From: Lentisphaeria bacterium
GTDB lineage: Bacteria > Verrucomicrobiota > Lentisphaeria > Oligosphaerales > Oligosphaeraceae
Length of the DNA stretch: 32,182 nt
Direction: 5' to 3'
Assembly: GCA_024405235.1 (NCBI GenBank)
Contig: JAKSPA010000001.1
Span: 1 to 32,182 of the forward strand
Within the stretch, counting starts at the first letter, position 1. Each line of letters begins with the position of its first letter. The notes under the pieces were generated by a model. It made no database searches, had not been told where the DNA came from, and saw only the letters and a program-made list of their open reading frames with translations. The position numbers and the translations under genes are program-made. This document shows, one piece after another, positions 17,895 through 27,322 of the stretch.

Positions 17895-19604
17895 CTATTT
17901 CTCCAGCAGAATATCGCGAAGATGCTGAATATCCTCCTTGGTGAATCCCAAAGAAAGGACATAGTTTTCAACCTCTTCATTGATGGTGCTTCCAGGCCAC
18001 TTCCTGAAGCTGTTCATCAATCTGTCAAGAGAGAACTCGTGGCGGAAATCAAGCTCCTTGTTCCAGAACGCCGAGCATTCCCAATCAAGATAGAGTTCCT
18101 CCTCTGGAACGCCTAGAAGCGCATTGATGACGAAAGCCAATGTGCCAGTTCGATCCTGCCCGCCAATGCAATGTATGTCGATCGGATAGTAGTTTTCATC
18201 GAGAAAGAACCTGAAGGCGCGCGCTAGACTCTCACGGCCAGGCTGGTTCTGAATGCCGTCATAGGCTGTGGCATGAATATTGTACCACGCGACATTTTTT
18301 CCTGCAGGGGAGCCGTCAATGCCGTAGCATTCGCCTGCTCCGCGCAAATCGATTTCCGTCTTCAGTCCCAAATGATCCGCAAAATAGCTGGCGCCTTCCT
18401 CCGTGAGAATCACCTTGCCCTTCGTGTAGAGCTGATTGCCATTTTCGTCTCGCTTCCCCTGTTTCAGGAACGCAGGCAAAATGGTTGCATTCTCCTCCAA
18501 GCCGCTAGCAAACACCTCTTCGAGCTTCGTCCCCTGCGGAACAGGCGCGCAAAGCCATGAGAAACTTGCTATGCCGCTTCCGAGATAGATGGTCAGAAGA
18601 TTGCGTCCCTGCTTGACAGGCAGGAAAAGAACGTAGTTGTTTTTAGCGGTCATCTTGCCGTTTCCCTTGCGGCGATCATATATTGTAACGCCATTGAAAC
18701 GCAGATACCAATACCAATCCGCTCCGCATGTAAAAGGCATCATTCCAGTTTCGGGAGACACGAAATCCATCATGATGACGGCTGGAAGCATGTCGTTGCA
18801 TTTATCCAAAACTATGCCTCCCTCTTCGTTGACGGTCATCTTGACGCCTTTCGCACCCAAAAAGCTCTCGGGAATCTCTGTCAGCGCATCGACCATGTCG
18901 AACTCCGCCTCGCCAAAAGCCTTCATGTCAGGGCGGAAGACAGTCCACTCGCCGTCAAGCAAGAACGGGACCTCTTTTTGCAACGTATTTTGAAGGACCT
19001 GCGTGGCCGCTTTCATCGCATCGACACGTTCGCGGAAGCGCGGTTTCTTCTCCAGTTCCTCTATCGTATAGTAGATCTTTTCAGCATTATCAACGAAACC
19101 GCCATTGCGAATTATCATATTCTGCTTCACGCGGCGACCATTCAGACCGATTCGGCCGCCTACATCGCGACAGTTCCACAAATTTGGAACGCGAAGCAGA
19201 CGCGGCGCTACATCCGCTGTGACAAAAACGCCAACATCGGAACGATTGTCTCCGCACTGCACATTCCAATAGTAGGTTGTGGCGATCAGCAGATTGGTTA
19301 TTTCAAGACTCTTCTCCTTCGTGGCATAGACTGTGCAGCTGTTCTCGGCAAAATCGGATGTCGTTGACAGCCTGACGATGAATTCGCCTTGCAAACCATC
19401 GTCGCATTCCCATTTCAGCAACACAGGAGACGGCCACGAACCATCGCTTGCCAAGTCCTTTCGGAATGACTCGTCGACGAATTTCGTCCGTCGCTCCTCA
19501 CGCGGCATTGCAATATATTTCAACTGCTTGGCAGTATGGAGGGACACTTCGCTGCCATGGGCAGGCGCAAGGAGTTTGATGAAATGAGAATGCGAAGAAG
19601 TCAT
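17895..19604 (-). CDS. Protein-tyrosine phosphatase (Y_phosphatase3-like, CX5R) with an N-terminal FN3-like module and a large internal insertion
   Basis: Active-site P-loop IHCIGGQDRTGT (HCxxGxxRT). Family N-terminal motif NLWNCRDVGG...VKQNMIIRNG. LGLKTEIDLRG appears only about 250 aa later. No signal peptide is evident. Confidence 0.75.
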   Translation of the reverse strand: MTSSHSHFIKLLAPAHGSEVSLHTAKQLKYIAMPREERRTKFVDESFRKDLASDGSWPSPVLLKWECDDGLQGEFIVRLSTTSDFAENSCTVYATKEKSLEITNLLIATTYYWNVQCGDNRSDVGVFVTADVAPRLLRVPNLWNCRDVGGRIGLNGRRVKQNMIIRNGGFVDNAEKIYYTIEELEKKPRFRERVDAMKAATQVLQNTLQKEVPFLLDGEWTVFRPDMKAFGEAEFDMVDALTEIPESFLGAKGVKMTVNEEGGIVLDKCNDMLPAVIMMDFVSPETGMMPFTCGADWYWYLRFNGVTIYDRRKGNGKMTAKNNYVLFLPVKQGRNLLTIYLGSGIASFSWLCAPVPQGTKLEEVFASGLEENATILPAFLKQGKRDENGNQLYTKGKVILTEEGASYFADHLGLKTEIDLRGAGECYGIDGSPAGKNVAWYNIHATAYDGIQNQPGRESLARAFRFFLDENYYPIDIHCIGGQDRTGTLAFVINALLGVPEEELYLDWECSAFWNKELDFRHEFSLDRLMNSFRKWPGSTINEEVENYVLSLGFTKEDIQHLRDILLEK

Positions 19605-19679
19605 AGAAACAATTGGAGTTGCAAGACTCTGACTATCCGGACGGACAAACCTCTCACCGAACAGGCTGACGCAGAATTG

Positions 19680-20936
19680 CTAGAGCGATTGGACGGTTCC
19701 AGTAACGCGCGATTTTTCTGCGGCGAAGACCATCAGATGGCTTTCCAAAGTATCGTCGACTCCGGAAAGAATCAGCGACGGATCGTTCGTGGCGACGGCC
19801 GTGACGAAACGCTCCATCAGCGCAAAATCACCGCCGCCGTGGCCGCTTAGTATGCCGCCGTCGTTTTCCACGCCAGTATCTATCTCCTGCGTCTTGTCAG
19901 TGAGGAAATCGGTGACGCGTATGACATTGCTGTCAGTGTCGATGTAACCTCTGGTGCCGAAGATGCGCGTCAATCTGCCGGAATGCTCGTTGAACGCGGT
20001 CATCGTCATGGATGCTGTCGTTCCATTGTCAAAGAAGAAGTTCACCACCTGATTGTCAACCACATCATTGTCGCATGCATAGACGCATCGTCCATAGGGA
20101 CCCGTTTTGATCGCCTCTCGGAGATTCTCTTCGGTCACATCCAGCGTCAGAATGTCAAGCGGCCACCAGAGTTCACCCTTGTCGAAACGGTCGCGCAGAT
20201 AGATCTTCAGGGCGGAATATGGGCACTGGCTCTCAATTTCCTTCGGACATTCCATGCAACGCTTTCCTGCCCCCGCAGGAGCATTTTCGGGACGGAAGTG
20301 AATCAGCGAACCGAAGGATTGGATCTGCTTGCAAGGACGACCCATGACATAGCGAAGCCAATCCACGTCGTGGCAGCTCTTAGCAAGCAGCATCGGACTG
20401 GATTCGTCCTCTCTACGCCAATTGCCGCGCACGAAAGAATGAGCCTGGTGCCAATAGCCGACAGGCTCCAGATGCTGTATGGAGACGATGTCGCCGATGA
20501 CGTGGCTATCCAGCAGCTTCTTCAATTTCTGCGTGTATGCGGTATAACGCATGACATGGCAGACGGCAAAGTACACGCCCGCTTCCTTTACCGCCGCCAC
20601 AATGCGCTTGCAAGCCTCCGGTTCAGGCGCCATCGGCTTTTCCAACAAGATGTGGTATCCCAATTTGGCGAAAGCAACGGCGGGACCCTCATGCATGGAA
20701 TCCTGCGTGCAGATCATCACGGCATCCGCAAAACGCGGCTGCTGCGCGGCTTCCTGCCATGTTCTGAAACGGAATTCGGCAGCGACGTTACCCATGTCGC
20801 CTATGCGATTGCGTCGCTCGTCGTCTGGATCCGCCCCGCCTACACGTTGCGCCTTGTCGGGATACTTGGTAGCATGTTGAGCATAACCCATTCCACGCGC
20901 ACCGCATCCAACAACCAAAAGTTTCACCTGCTTCAT
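19680..20936 (-). CDS. Gfo/Idh/MocA family NAD(P)-dependent oxidoreductase
   Basis: N-terminal Rossmann motif KLLVVGCGARGMGY, followed by ILLEKPMA (the EKP motif typical of this family). The C-terminal alpha/beta domain has the appropriate length. Confidence 0.85.
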   Translation of the reverse strand: MKQVKLLVVGCGARGMGYAQHATKYPDKAQRVGGADPDDERRNRIGDMGNVAAEFRFRTWQEAAQQPRFADAVMICTQDSMHEGPAVAFAKLGYHILLEKPMAPEPEACKRIVAAVKEAGVYFAVCHVMRYTAYTQKLKKLLDSHVIGDIVSIQHLEPVGYWHQAHSFVRGNWRREDESSPMLLAKSCHDVDWLRYVMGRPCKQIQSFGSLIHFRPENAPAGAGKRCMECPKEIESQCPYSALKIYLRDRFDKGELWWPLDILTLDVTEENLREAIKTGPYGRCVYACDNDVVDNQVVNFFFDNGTTASMTMTAFNEHSGRLTRIFGTRGYIDTDSNVIRVTDFLTDKTQEIDTGVENDGGILSGHGGGDFALMERFVTAVATNDPSLILSGVDDTLESHLMVFAAEKSRVTGTVQSL

Positions 20937-21070
20937 GATTTTACAGAAATGTTTTTACAGAAAAGAATATGTCAACAAAAGAAATTATGCCGTATTTGTG
21001 CTATAATATCATTGTTTACTTTCGTTTTTCTACCTACATTAAACTTTTTTTTCTAGTTAATCCCACTTAT

Positions 21071-23449
21071 ATGTCCTATCGAACTGTCAAAAACAATCCA
21101 TACGGCTATTTTGATTCCGAAAGAAGCGAATACGTTGTCACTTCGCCACTGACACCACGCGCATGGATCAACTATCTGGGCGGCGTCTCTGATCTTGACG
21201 CCTTTGTCTCCAATCGAGCAGGCGGCACAGTCTGGTACAAACAGCCGCATACAGGCCGACTGACGCGCTACCAATTCATGGCCCAGCCAGAAGACAATCC
21301 AGGATTCTTCTTGTACGTAAAGGACGGAAAAGATCTTTGGACCCCTTCGTTCATGCCAACGAGAACGCCTCTTGACCGCTATCAATGCCGTCACGGCCTC
21401 TACTACACGACCTTTGATTCGGAAAAGAACGGCTTATGCGCGAAAGTGCGTTTCATGATTCCAAGGGAAGATCCAGTGATGCTGTGGGACATCACCTTCA
21501 CCAACAACCGCAGCGAAGAGGCGGTTTTCTCTGCATATCCATATCAGGATTTCGCAATGCGAGACGTTCCCAAGGATGTCCTCTACTATCAGTTCTGCGG
21601 CAACCAAATGACGGGATTCTATGATAAAAACATAGGCGCATTGCGGCTGGATTACTTCGCCTACGAGGCTCCTCACAAAGGCTATACGCTCTTCAACGCA
21701 TCCAAACCTTTCGATTCATACGAAATGAGCCGCGACTGCTTCATGGGCCGTTGCCGCGCCGAATCGTCTCCGGAAGCTTTGGAAAAAGGCGAACTGCACA
21801 ATTCCGAAGTGCCTGGCGCGGGATTCTGTATTTGCGGATGCTTCCGACTGGATTTCAAACTTGCACCAGGCGCATCGGAACGCGTCATTGTCAAATTGAC
21901 GGCGTCTCCGAAACTGGAAGACGCAGCCGCGCTTCTGCGGAAATACGATGATTTCAAGGCAGTGGATGCGGCTGCGGCAGACTTTGAAGGCTGGTGGCGC
22001 GAACGTCTGAATCGTTGTCAAGTAAAGACTCCTGACAGCGACTTGAACGAAATGCTGAACGTATGGCTTCCCAAAAACATCAAGACCACCATGCGGTGCG
22101 GCCGTTCAATCTCACAGCGCCACACAGGATGCGACACTTCCAAGACCTTCCGCGACACGATGCAGGACATCATGTCCGGCGCCCTCTTCTTTTCGGAAGA
22201 GACAAAGGAGAACATTCTTCTGCTGATGCGCTCAATCAGAAAGAGCGGACAGGCGACGCATTTCATCGATCCGGCCAATTTCAAATGTTCGGTTCCCGAC
22301 TACATCCGCTGCGATTCCATCGTATGGGGCGTTTTCACCGTGGCAAAATACGTCTTCGAAACTGGCGACATGGATTTCCTGAAACATCCCGTGCTGGACT
22401 ACGAAGGCGAACCGTCAACTGTTCAGGCTCTGCTTCTGCGCGGCATGCATTTCACAGGCGATCAAACCGGCGTTCATGGCCTGCCTAAACTGTTCAATTG
22501 CGATTGGAACGATCAGCTGGTTGTGGTAAGCGCAATTCTTGACAGCGGAGAAAGCGTCATGGTTGCGGAACAGTACATCGTGGCGGCAAAAGTGCTGCTG
22601 GGACTGCTTGACGAATCTGAAAAAGACGAGCGTGCATATCTCGAAGCGAAAATACAGGAATTCACAAAAGCGCTTGAGAGTCCGCTGGTTTGGGATGGCG
22701 CATGGTATCGGCGTCTGCTCTTCCCTAATGACTACATGGGCGGCGCCGCCAAGACGGAAGGCAGACTATTCATGAATACGCAGACATGGGCCGCCATCGC
22801 AGGAACACTGAATCCAGAGCACATCAGGCAGGCACTGGACAGTGTCTATCAGCGTCTCAACAGCCAATACGGACTGCGCCTTTATGAGCCACCATTCACT
22901 AAGTTGCTGGATGGCAACCGCTACTGCGGCAATGTTCCAGGCGCTGGCGAGAACGCAGGACTGTTCTATCACGCCAACAACTGGGCAATCATCGCAGAAG
23001 CGCTGCAGGGAAATTCACAGCGCGCGTGGGAATACTTCAACCACATCATGCCCAATCGACGTTCAAACGACAATGCGGATCTCTACGAACGCGAACCATA
23101 CGCTTTCGCCTCATGGTGCTACGGACCAGACAATGCGTCTTTCGGAAAGGCCGCGCTATCGCATCTTACGGGCGGGGCCGCATGGATCTATCGCACCGCA
23201 ACGGAATTCCTTTTGGGAATCCGTCCCGAAAAGGACGGTCTGCGTATTGCGCCATGCATTCCCGCAGAATGGGATGGCTTCTCCATGGAACGCACGCTCG
23301 CAGGCGTGCGCTACCTAATTGACGTGCGGAATCCTGAACACAGGAACGGCGCCGCTGTGAAACTGACCGTAGATGGAGTGGATATCGACGGCAATTTCGT
23401 CAGACATGCCACTCGCGGCGAAACCGTGCATATCGTCGCTTGTTTGTAA
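21071..23449 (+). CDS. GH94-family glycoside phosphorylase (cellobiose/chitobiose/laminaribiose-phosphorylase-like)
   Basis: Diagnostic N-terminus NPYGYFDSERSEYVVTSPLTPRAWINYLGG. The context CDWNDQ matches the GH94 catalytic Asp motif. At 792 aa it has the typical size. I chose start M35 (21071). The ORF-track extension (20969) runs through an AT-rich divergent promoter region. Confidence 0.85.
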   Translation: MSYRTVKNNPYGYFDSERSEYVVTSPLTPRAWINYLGGVSDLDAFVSNRAGGTVWYKQPHTGRLTRYQFMAQPEDNPGFFLYVKDGKDLWTPSFMPTRTPLDRYQCRHGLYYTTFDSEKNGLCAKVRFMIPREDPVMLWDITFTNNRSEEAVFSAYPYQDFAMRDVPKDVLYYQFCGNQMTGFYDKNIGALRLDYFAYEAPHKGYTLFNASKPFDSYEMSRDCFMGRCRAESSPEALEKGELHNSEVPGAGFCICGCFRLDFKLAPGASERVIVKLTASPKLEDAAALLRKYDDFKAVDAAAADFEGWWRERLNRCQVKTPDSDLNEMLNVWLPKNIKTTMRCGRSISQRHTGCDTSKTFRDTMQDIMSGALFFSEETKENILLLMRSIRKSGQATHFIDPANFKCSVPDYIRCDSIVWGVFTVAKYVFETGDMDFLKHPVLDYEGEPSTVQALLLRGMHFTGDQTGVHGLPKLFNCDWNDQLVVVSAILDSGESVMVAEQYIVAAKVLLGLLDESEKDERAYLEAKIQEFTKALESPLVWDGAWYRRLLFPNDYMGGAAKTEGRLFMNTQTWAAIAGTLNPEHIRQALDSVYQRLNSQYGLRLYEPPFTKLLDGNRYCGNVPGAGENAGLFYHANNWAIIAEALQGNSQRAWEYFNHIMPNRRSNDNADLYEREPYAFASWCYGPDNASFGKAALSHLTGGAAWIYRTATEFLLGIRPEKDGLRIAPCIPAEWDGFSMERTLAGVRYLIDVRNPEHRNGAAVKLTVDGVDIDGNFVRHATRGETVHIVACL

Positions 23450-23491
23450 TATATTCCGTTCAAACAACTTGAGTATAACAGCAATCGAATT

Positions 23492-23529
23492 CCCCTCGCG
23501 CAAATTTATTCTTCTGGAAGCGCGAGGGG
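23492..23529. terminator. Hairpin between convergent GH94 and helicase genes (possible bidirectional terminator)
   Basis: A perfect 10-bp stem, CCCCTCGCGC (23492-23501) with GCGCGAGGGG (23520-23529), but with a long 18-nt loop and no clean U-tract. Confidence 0.35.
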
Positions 23530-23608
23530 TGATGCTGTATTCTTGCAATACGACAAAGAAGAGGGTATCTCAATTGTCAATTGCATTTCTATCCACAACG
23601 CACACGCA

Positions 23609-25057
23609 TCAATCTTTCCTTGACTGAGCCTTGAGTTTTTCCAAGAACGCCCGCATGGCTTCTTCATATTGCGCAGGCACGGAAAGCTGCACCTCTTCAG
23701 CATCGGCGGAAGACTGTTCCAAAGCGTCATAGAAATCCACCACCGCCTGGTCAAGAATCAGATCTTCAGGGGCAATTGGCCGTTCCACACGCAGATTCCG
23801 CAACGTACGGCAACGCGAGAGCGCCGTATAGAGCTGACCATGGGCAAAGCAACCGCCGCCCAAATGCAATTCGACGCAATCCAATGTCAACCCCTGAGAT
23901 TTGTGAATCGTGATCGCGTACGCAAGCTTCAGCGGAATTTGGACAAAGGCGCCGACTTCTCGCTGGCGTATGCTCCGCCGGCCTGTCATATCGTCGCGTT
24001 CCAATGTATAGTCGTAATTCGACCATTTGTTCAATCCAAGCGTCACGGTAGTCCCCTTGTCCAATTTGACCGTAACCTGCGGCGAATCGCCGGATGGTAT
24101 CGCTTCTATGATTCCTGTGTCGCCGTTCACGTATTCAAAGGATCCATCAGGCAGATGCTTGTTGCACAGCACCATGACACGGGCGCCAACCTTCAATTCC
24201 AGCGTGGATTCAGTCGGAAAGTCCGACTCGTTGAACTTGCCCGCCACTGATGCAGAGAAAAAAGTGGCAGGACTCTCCAATTTCGCGTTCATTGCAGAGT
24301 TGATGGATATCGCCTCTCGGTTTGTGGTGCAAAGACGAACTGGCGGCACAGAAAGTCTTCTGTTTTCAAGGCAGTTTCGGTTCAATGCGTCAACCGCTGA
24401 AATTTTCTCATCGCCACATGATATATCACGTTCTGTCAAATGGCCATGCCGAATGGATTTCAAAACATCCAGAAAAAGTTGGTCATTCTCCTGACGATGA
24501 ACGTTTTTCAGACAAATGCACTGAAAATTCGCATCCTCCCATAGTTTGGTTTGAAAAGCATACTGCCCGCCGAAATTTGAACGGAGATATTTTGCTTCCA
24601 GATTCGTCTTGATTACTGGAGGAAGTTGAAAAAAGCCTCCTACCAGAATCAACTGCTTCCCGCCAAATGGCTTATGTTGATCGCGCGACGAAGCCAACTG
24701 CCGCAGTCGATTGTCCACGGCAAAAAACAGATCGCTTCGCACCATGGAAATTTCATCGATGACGATAGTGCTGATCTCACGTATCAACGCTCGACGCCTA
24801 TGGTTGTGAAAGTCGTCCATATTGTCTGGCGTCAACAGTCCTGGTTTTAATTGAAAAAAGCTGTGAAGCGTTGTCCCCTGCACATTTATAGCCGCAACGC
24901 CCGTCGGAGCCAGAAAGACGCATTCCCCCTGACAGCGCTCCTGAAACTCCCGCAAAATGGTGGATTTTCCTGTGCCCGCCTCTCCTGTGAGAAAGATATT
25001 TCTGCCTGCCAGCATGGCATCCAATGCAGCCTGCTGCTCTTTATTTAGATTGACCAT
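23609..25057 (-). CDS. pif1: Pif1-family (RecD-like, SF1B) ATP-dependent DNA helicase
   Basis: All SF1B motifs are present. Walker A is LTGEAGTGKST, Ia is LAPTGVAAINV and II is IVIDEISMV. The Pif1 signature plus motif III is KPFGGKQLILVGGFFQLPPV. Motif IV is LKNVHRQEND, V is LKVGARVMVLCN and VI is AYAITIHKSQGLTLD. An AAGGGGGA ribosome-binding site lies upstream of the ATG. Confidence 0.87.
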   Translation of the reverse strand: MVNLNKEQQAALDAMLAGRNIFLTGEAGTGKSTILREFQERCQGECVFLAPTGVAAINVQGTTLHSFFQLKPGLLTPDNMDDFHNHRRRALIREISTIVIDEISMVRSDLFFAVDNRLRQLASSRDQHKPFGGKQLILVGGFFQLPPVIKTNLEAKYLRSNFGGQYAFQTKLWEDANFQCICLKNVHRQENDQLFLDVLKSIRHGHLTERDISCGDEKISAVDALNRNCLENRRLSVPPVRLCTTNREAISINSAMNAKLESPATFFSASVAGKFNESDFPTESTLELKVGARVMVLCNKHLPDGSFEYVNGDTGIIEAIPSGDSPQVTVKLDKGTTVTLGLNKWSNYDYTLERDDMTGRRSIRQREVGAFVQIPLKLAYAITIHKSQGLTLDCVELHLGGGCFAHGQLYTALSRCRTLRNLRVERPIAPEDLILDQAVVDFYDALEQSSADAEEVQLSVPAQYEEAMRAFLEKLKAQSRKD

Positions 25058-25269
25058 TGTTCTTTTTTCCCCCTTAAATCATGGATGTGCACAGTTTCCG
25101 TTTGGCACGAACATAATTTACCACCTCTTTATCACAATTCCCCCTCAATAAAAGAATTATTAGGCGCAACTGTTCAGAATCCAATGTTTTTTGAGGAAAT
25201 TTTATACTTAAGTTGTCTGCGTATTCAGACTTGATATTTCACGAAGCTTGCGCCTCTACCACAGGCCAT

Positions 25270-25323
25270 GGCCCACATCTCACATCACTCCCACATGGCC
25301 CACATGACCCACAGCTCCCATAG
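25270..25323. repeat. Imperfect 9-bp tandem repeat (6 units) spanning the vWA gene stop
   Basis: Plus-strand units: ggcccacat, ctcacatca, ctcccacat, ggcccacat, gacccacag, ctcccatag. On the coding (minus) strand they read as ATGTGGG-type units that encode the Trp-rich tail LWELWVMWAMWE. The TGA stop (25285-25287) lies inside unit 2. Confidence 0.7.
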
Positions 25324-25983
25324 CCTGAATTCCCGTAAACACATAACGCTGTCAACGGGAATCCAGGCTAATACGATAGATTCAGTATATTTCTTCTTGT
25401 TTCTATTGCGCACCATTGTGGCACGGTTGCACATCATTTTGCATGCATTGGCCATACCAGAAGGACTTGCGACGAAATTGTCGCAGCTGTCCTGAGCAAT
25501 TCCAAGTTCCGCACCGGAAGCGAAGGCATCTTGATTGGCAGCAAGATACTGGAACTCCCAATTGTATTTTTCAGTCTGGTGAGTGATGCGATCCTTGACA
25601 TCCTTGGACGTGAACTTCTGGCTTGCGTTCTCGAAGCCGTCCGTGATGATCACCATGAGGACGTTTTCCGGGCGGTCTTCCTCCTTCATGGCGGCGAGTT
25701 CCTGCCCAAGTGTGTCAATGGCGATGCAGACGGCATCATTCAGCGCCGTGCAGCCAGAGCACCTATAGCTTGCCATCAGATCATCGCTGAAAGTGGCCAG
25801 ATCGGCATGCTCCACCAGGCGCTTTACATCATCGGAAAACTGATAGAGGTCGAACACCGTTTTCCCTTCTGCCGCCTTCTGTGCCTTGATGAAGGAATTG
25901 AAACTGCCTTTGGTGTCGTCTTCAATAGAAGCCATGGAACCCGACGCATCCAGAACAATACAGATGTGAGTGTAGTCTCTCAT
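25285..25983 (-). CDS. Small von Willebrand factor type A (vWA) domain protein with an intact MIDAS motif
   Basis: MIDAS residues IVLDASGSM ... GCTALNDA ... VIITDGFEN. An AAGGAG ribosome-binding site (25993-25998) lies 9 nt upstream of ATG 25983, which is 19 nt after the recA stop. The ORF-track N-terminal extension to 26130 overlaps recA and is rejected. Confidence 0.8.
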   Translation of the reverse strand: MRDYTHICIVLDASGSMASIEDDTKGSFNSFIKAQKAAEGKTVFDLYQFSDDVKRLVEHADLATFSDDLMASYRCSGCTALNDAVCIAIDTLGQELAAMKEEDRPENVLMVIITDGFENASQKFTSKDVKDRITHQTEKYNWEFQYLAANQDAFASGAELGIAQDSCDNFVASPSGMANACKMMCNRATMVRNRNKKKYTESIVLAWIPVDSVMCLREFRLWELWVMWAMWE

Positions 25984-26002
25984 GTTTTCTTTCTCCTTTT
26001 GT

Positions 26003-27088
26003 TTAGTTTGCTGCCTTGACTGGAACTTCCTCCAGTAAATCTTCCGGTTCGTCTTCGCTGACAGCGCCTTCCGCCTGCGGGCGCTTGGCCATGATGGCGT
26101 CCGTGAGCTTCTGTGCAAGCTGCGTGTCATTTGCGATGGCGGCCTTCGTCTGCTCGCGTCCCTGTCCTACTTGAATGTCTCCCATGGAGAACCATGAGCC
26201 GCGCTTTTCGAGAATGCCCATTTCCACGGCCATATCCAAAATCGAGCCGGCCCGTGAAATGCCTTCGTTGTACATGATGTCGAACTCGCATTCCTGAAAC
26301 GGCGCGGCCAGCTTGTTCTTCGCCACCTTGACTTTCGTGCGATTTCCGAGAACGGAGCCGTCAGGCGCCTTGATGGCTGCAGTGCGGCGGATGTCAAGTC
26401 GCAGAGATGCATAGAACTTTAGGGCACGGCCACCGGTGGTGGTCTCTGGATTTCCAAACATGACGCCGATCTTCTCGCGAATCTGGTTGGTGAAGATGAC
26501 GCATGTGTTCGTTCTGGCAACCACGGAAGTCAGTTTGCGAAGCGCCTGAGACATGAGACGCGCCTGCAGGCCCACATGGTTGTCGCCCATCTCGCCCTCG
26601 ATTTCAGCACGTGGAACCAATGCAGCGACGGAATCAATGATCACGACGTCAATCGCGCCAGTCTTCACCAGAGTCTCCGCAATGTTCAGTGCGTCTTCGC
26701 CGCAATCCGGCTGGGAGACAAGAAGATTGTCTGTATCAACGCCGATTATCTTGGCGTAGCGCGGATCCAATGCGTGTTCCGTGTCGATGAAGGCACAGGT
26801 CCCGCCGGCCTTCTGCGCGTTTGCGACGACATGCAGACAGACCGTCGTCTTACCAGAGGATTCGGGGCCGTAGATTTCCACGATGCGTCCTTTCGGAAAA
26901 CCGCCGCAACCAATGGCAATGTCCAAAGAGAGCGCTCCGGTGCTGATGGCATCCACCGTCTGTTTCGGACTGTCGCCCAATCGCATGATGGCCCCCTTGC
27001 CGAAGGACTTCTCGATCTGGGACATCGCCAGCTGTATATTTCTGTCGCGGAAGTCTGTATTCATTGCATTGATGCTGTCTTTTGTCAT
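26003..27088 (-). CDS. recA: Recombinase RecA
   Basis: Collinear with canonical RecA: [16 protein letters not shown], Walker [79 protein letters not shown] and an acidic C-terminal tail. An AGGAGAA ribosome-binding site lies upstream. Confidence 0.97.
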   Translation of the reverse strand: MTKDSINAMNTDFRDRNIQLAMSQIEKSFGKGAIMRLGDSPKQTVDAISTGALSLDIAIGCGGFPKGRIVEIYGPESSGKTTVCLHVVANAQKAGGTCAFIDTEHALDPRYAKIIGVDTDNLLVSQPDCGEDALNIAETLVKTGAIDVVIIDSVAALVPRAEIEGEMGDNHVGLQARLMSQALRKLTSVVARTNTCVIFTNQIREKIGVMFGNPETTTGGRALKFYASLRLDIRRTAAIKAPDGSVLGNRTKVKVAKNKLAAPFQECEFDIMYNEGISRAGSILDMAVEMGILEKRGSWFSMGDIQVGQGREQTKAAIANDTQLAQKLTDAIMAKRPQAEGAVSEDEPEDLLEEVPVKAAN

Positions 27089-27252
27089 GGTCCGTTCTCC
27101 TGTGTCTTGCGTGAATTGAAAAAGTTCTTTTTTTTGTCAAGTCACTTACTTTAATGGCAGGCATAGGACAAAATTAGGCCGTATCAAATTAATTTCAGAA
27201 AAAAAGCAATTTTTATGTGTATATGCATAATTTTAGCATTATCTTACAGATA

Positions 27253-27282
27253 TTGACACACTTTCTTGGATTTTTTCATAAT
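27253..27282 (+). promoter_or_regulatory. Sigma70-like promoter for the WYL regulator gene
   Basis: TTGACA (27253-27258), an 18-nt spacer, then CATAAT (27277-27282), about 40 nt upstream of ATG 27323. This assumes the organism uses E. coli-like promoter hexamers, which is unverified. Confidence 0.4.
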
Positions 27283-27287
27283 AGCAA

Positions 27288-27304
27288 CGTCCATAATGTG
27301 GACG
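27288..27304. promoter_or_regulatory. Inverted repeat at the predicted transcription start of the WYL gene (candidate auto-operator)
   Basis: CGTCCA-taatg-TGGACG, with perfect 6-bp arms, lies immediately downstream of the -10 hexamer. Confidence 0.35.
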
Positions 27305-27322
27305 CATCAACGGGCCATTTCC

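Noticed and set aside
19983-21056. Long antisense ORFs in the track. Examples are 19983-21056 (+), 6678-7406 (+), 7584-8342 (+), 9042-9713 (+), 12540-13139 (-), 30132-30848 (+) and 30945-31787 (+).
   Set aside because: Each lies opposite a gene with strong family motifs. Their translations are Arg/Ser/His-rich or low-complexity with no recognisable motifs. These are typical shadow ORFs.
25984-26130. ORF-track N-terminal extensions: vWA to 26130, WYL from 27266, GH94 from 20969, GltD-like to 8399, lipoprotein to 11738 and nadE from 87.
   Set aside because: The extensions overlap neighbouring genes or promoter-like AT-rich DNA. They also lack similarity to family N-termini. Internal starts have better ribosome-binding sites or match the family N-termini.
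27089-27200. SOS (LexA) box and a clear promoter upstream of recA.
   Set aside because: I found no CTGT-N8-ACAG or GAAC-N4-GTTC match. A TTGACA on the minus strand (27140-27135) lacks a credible -10 hexamer at 16-18 nt (AATTCA). No call made.
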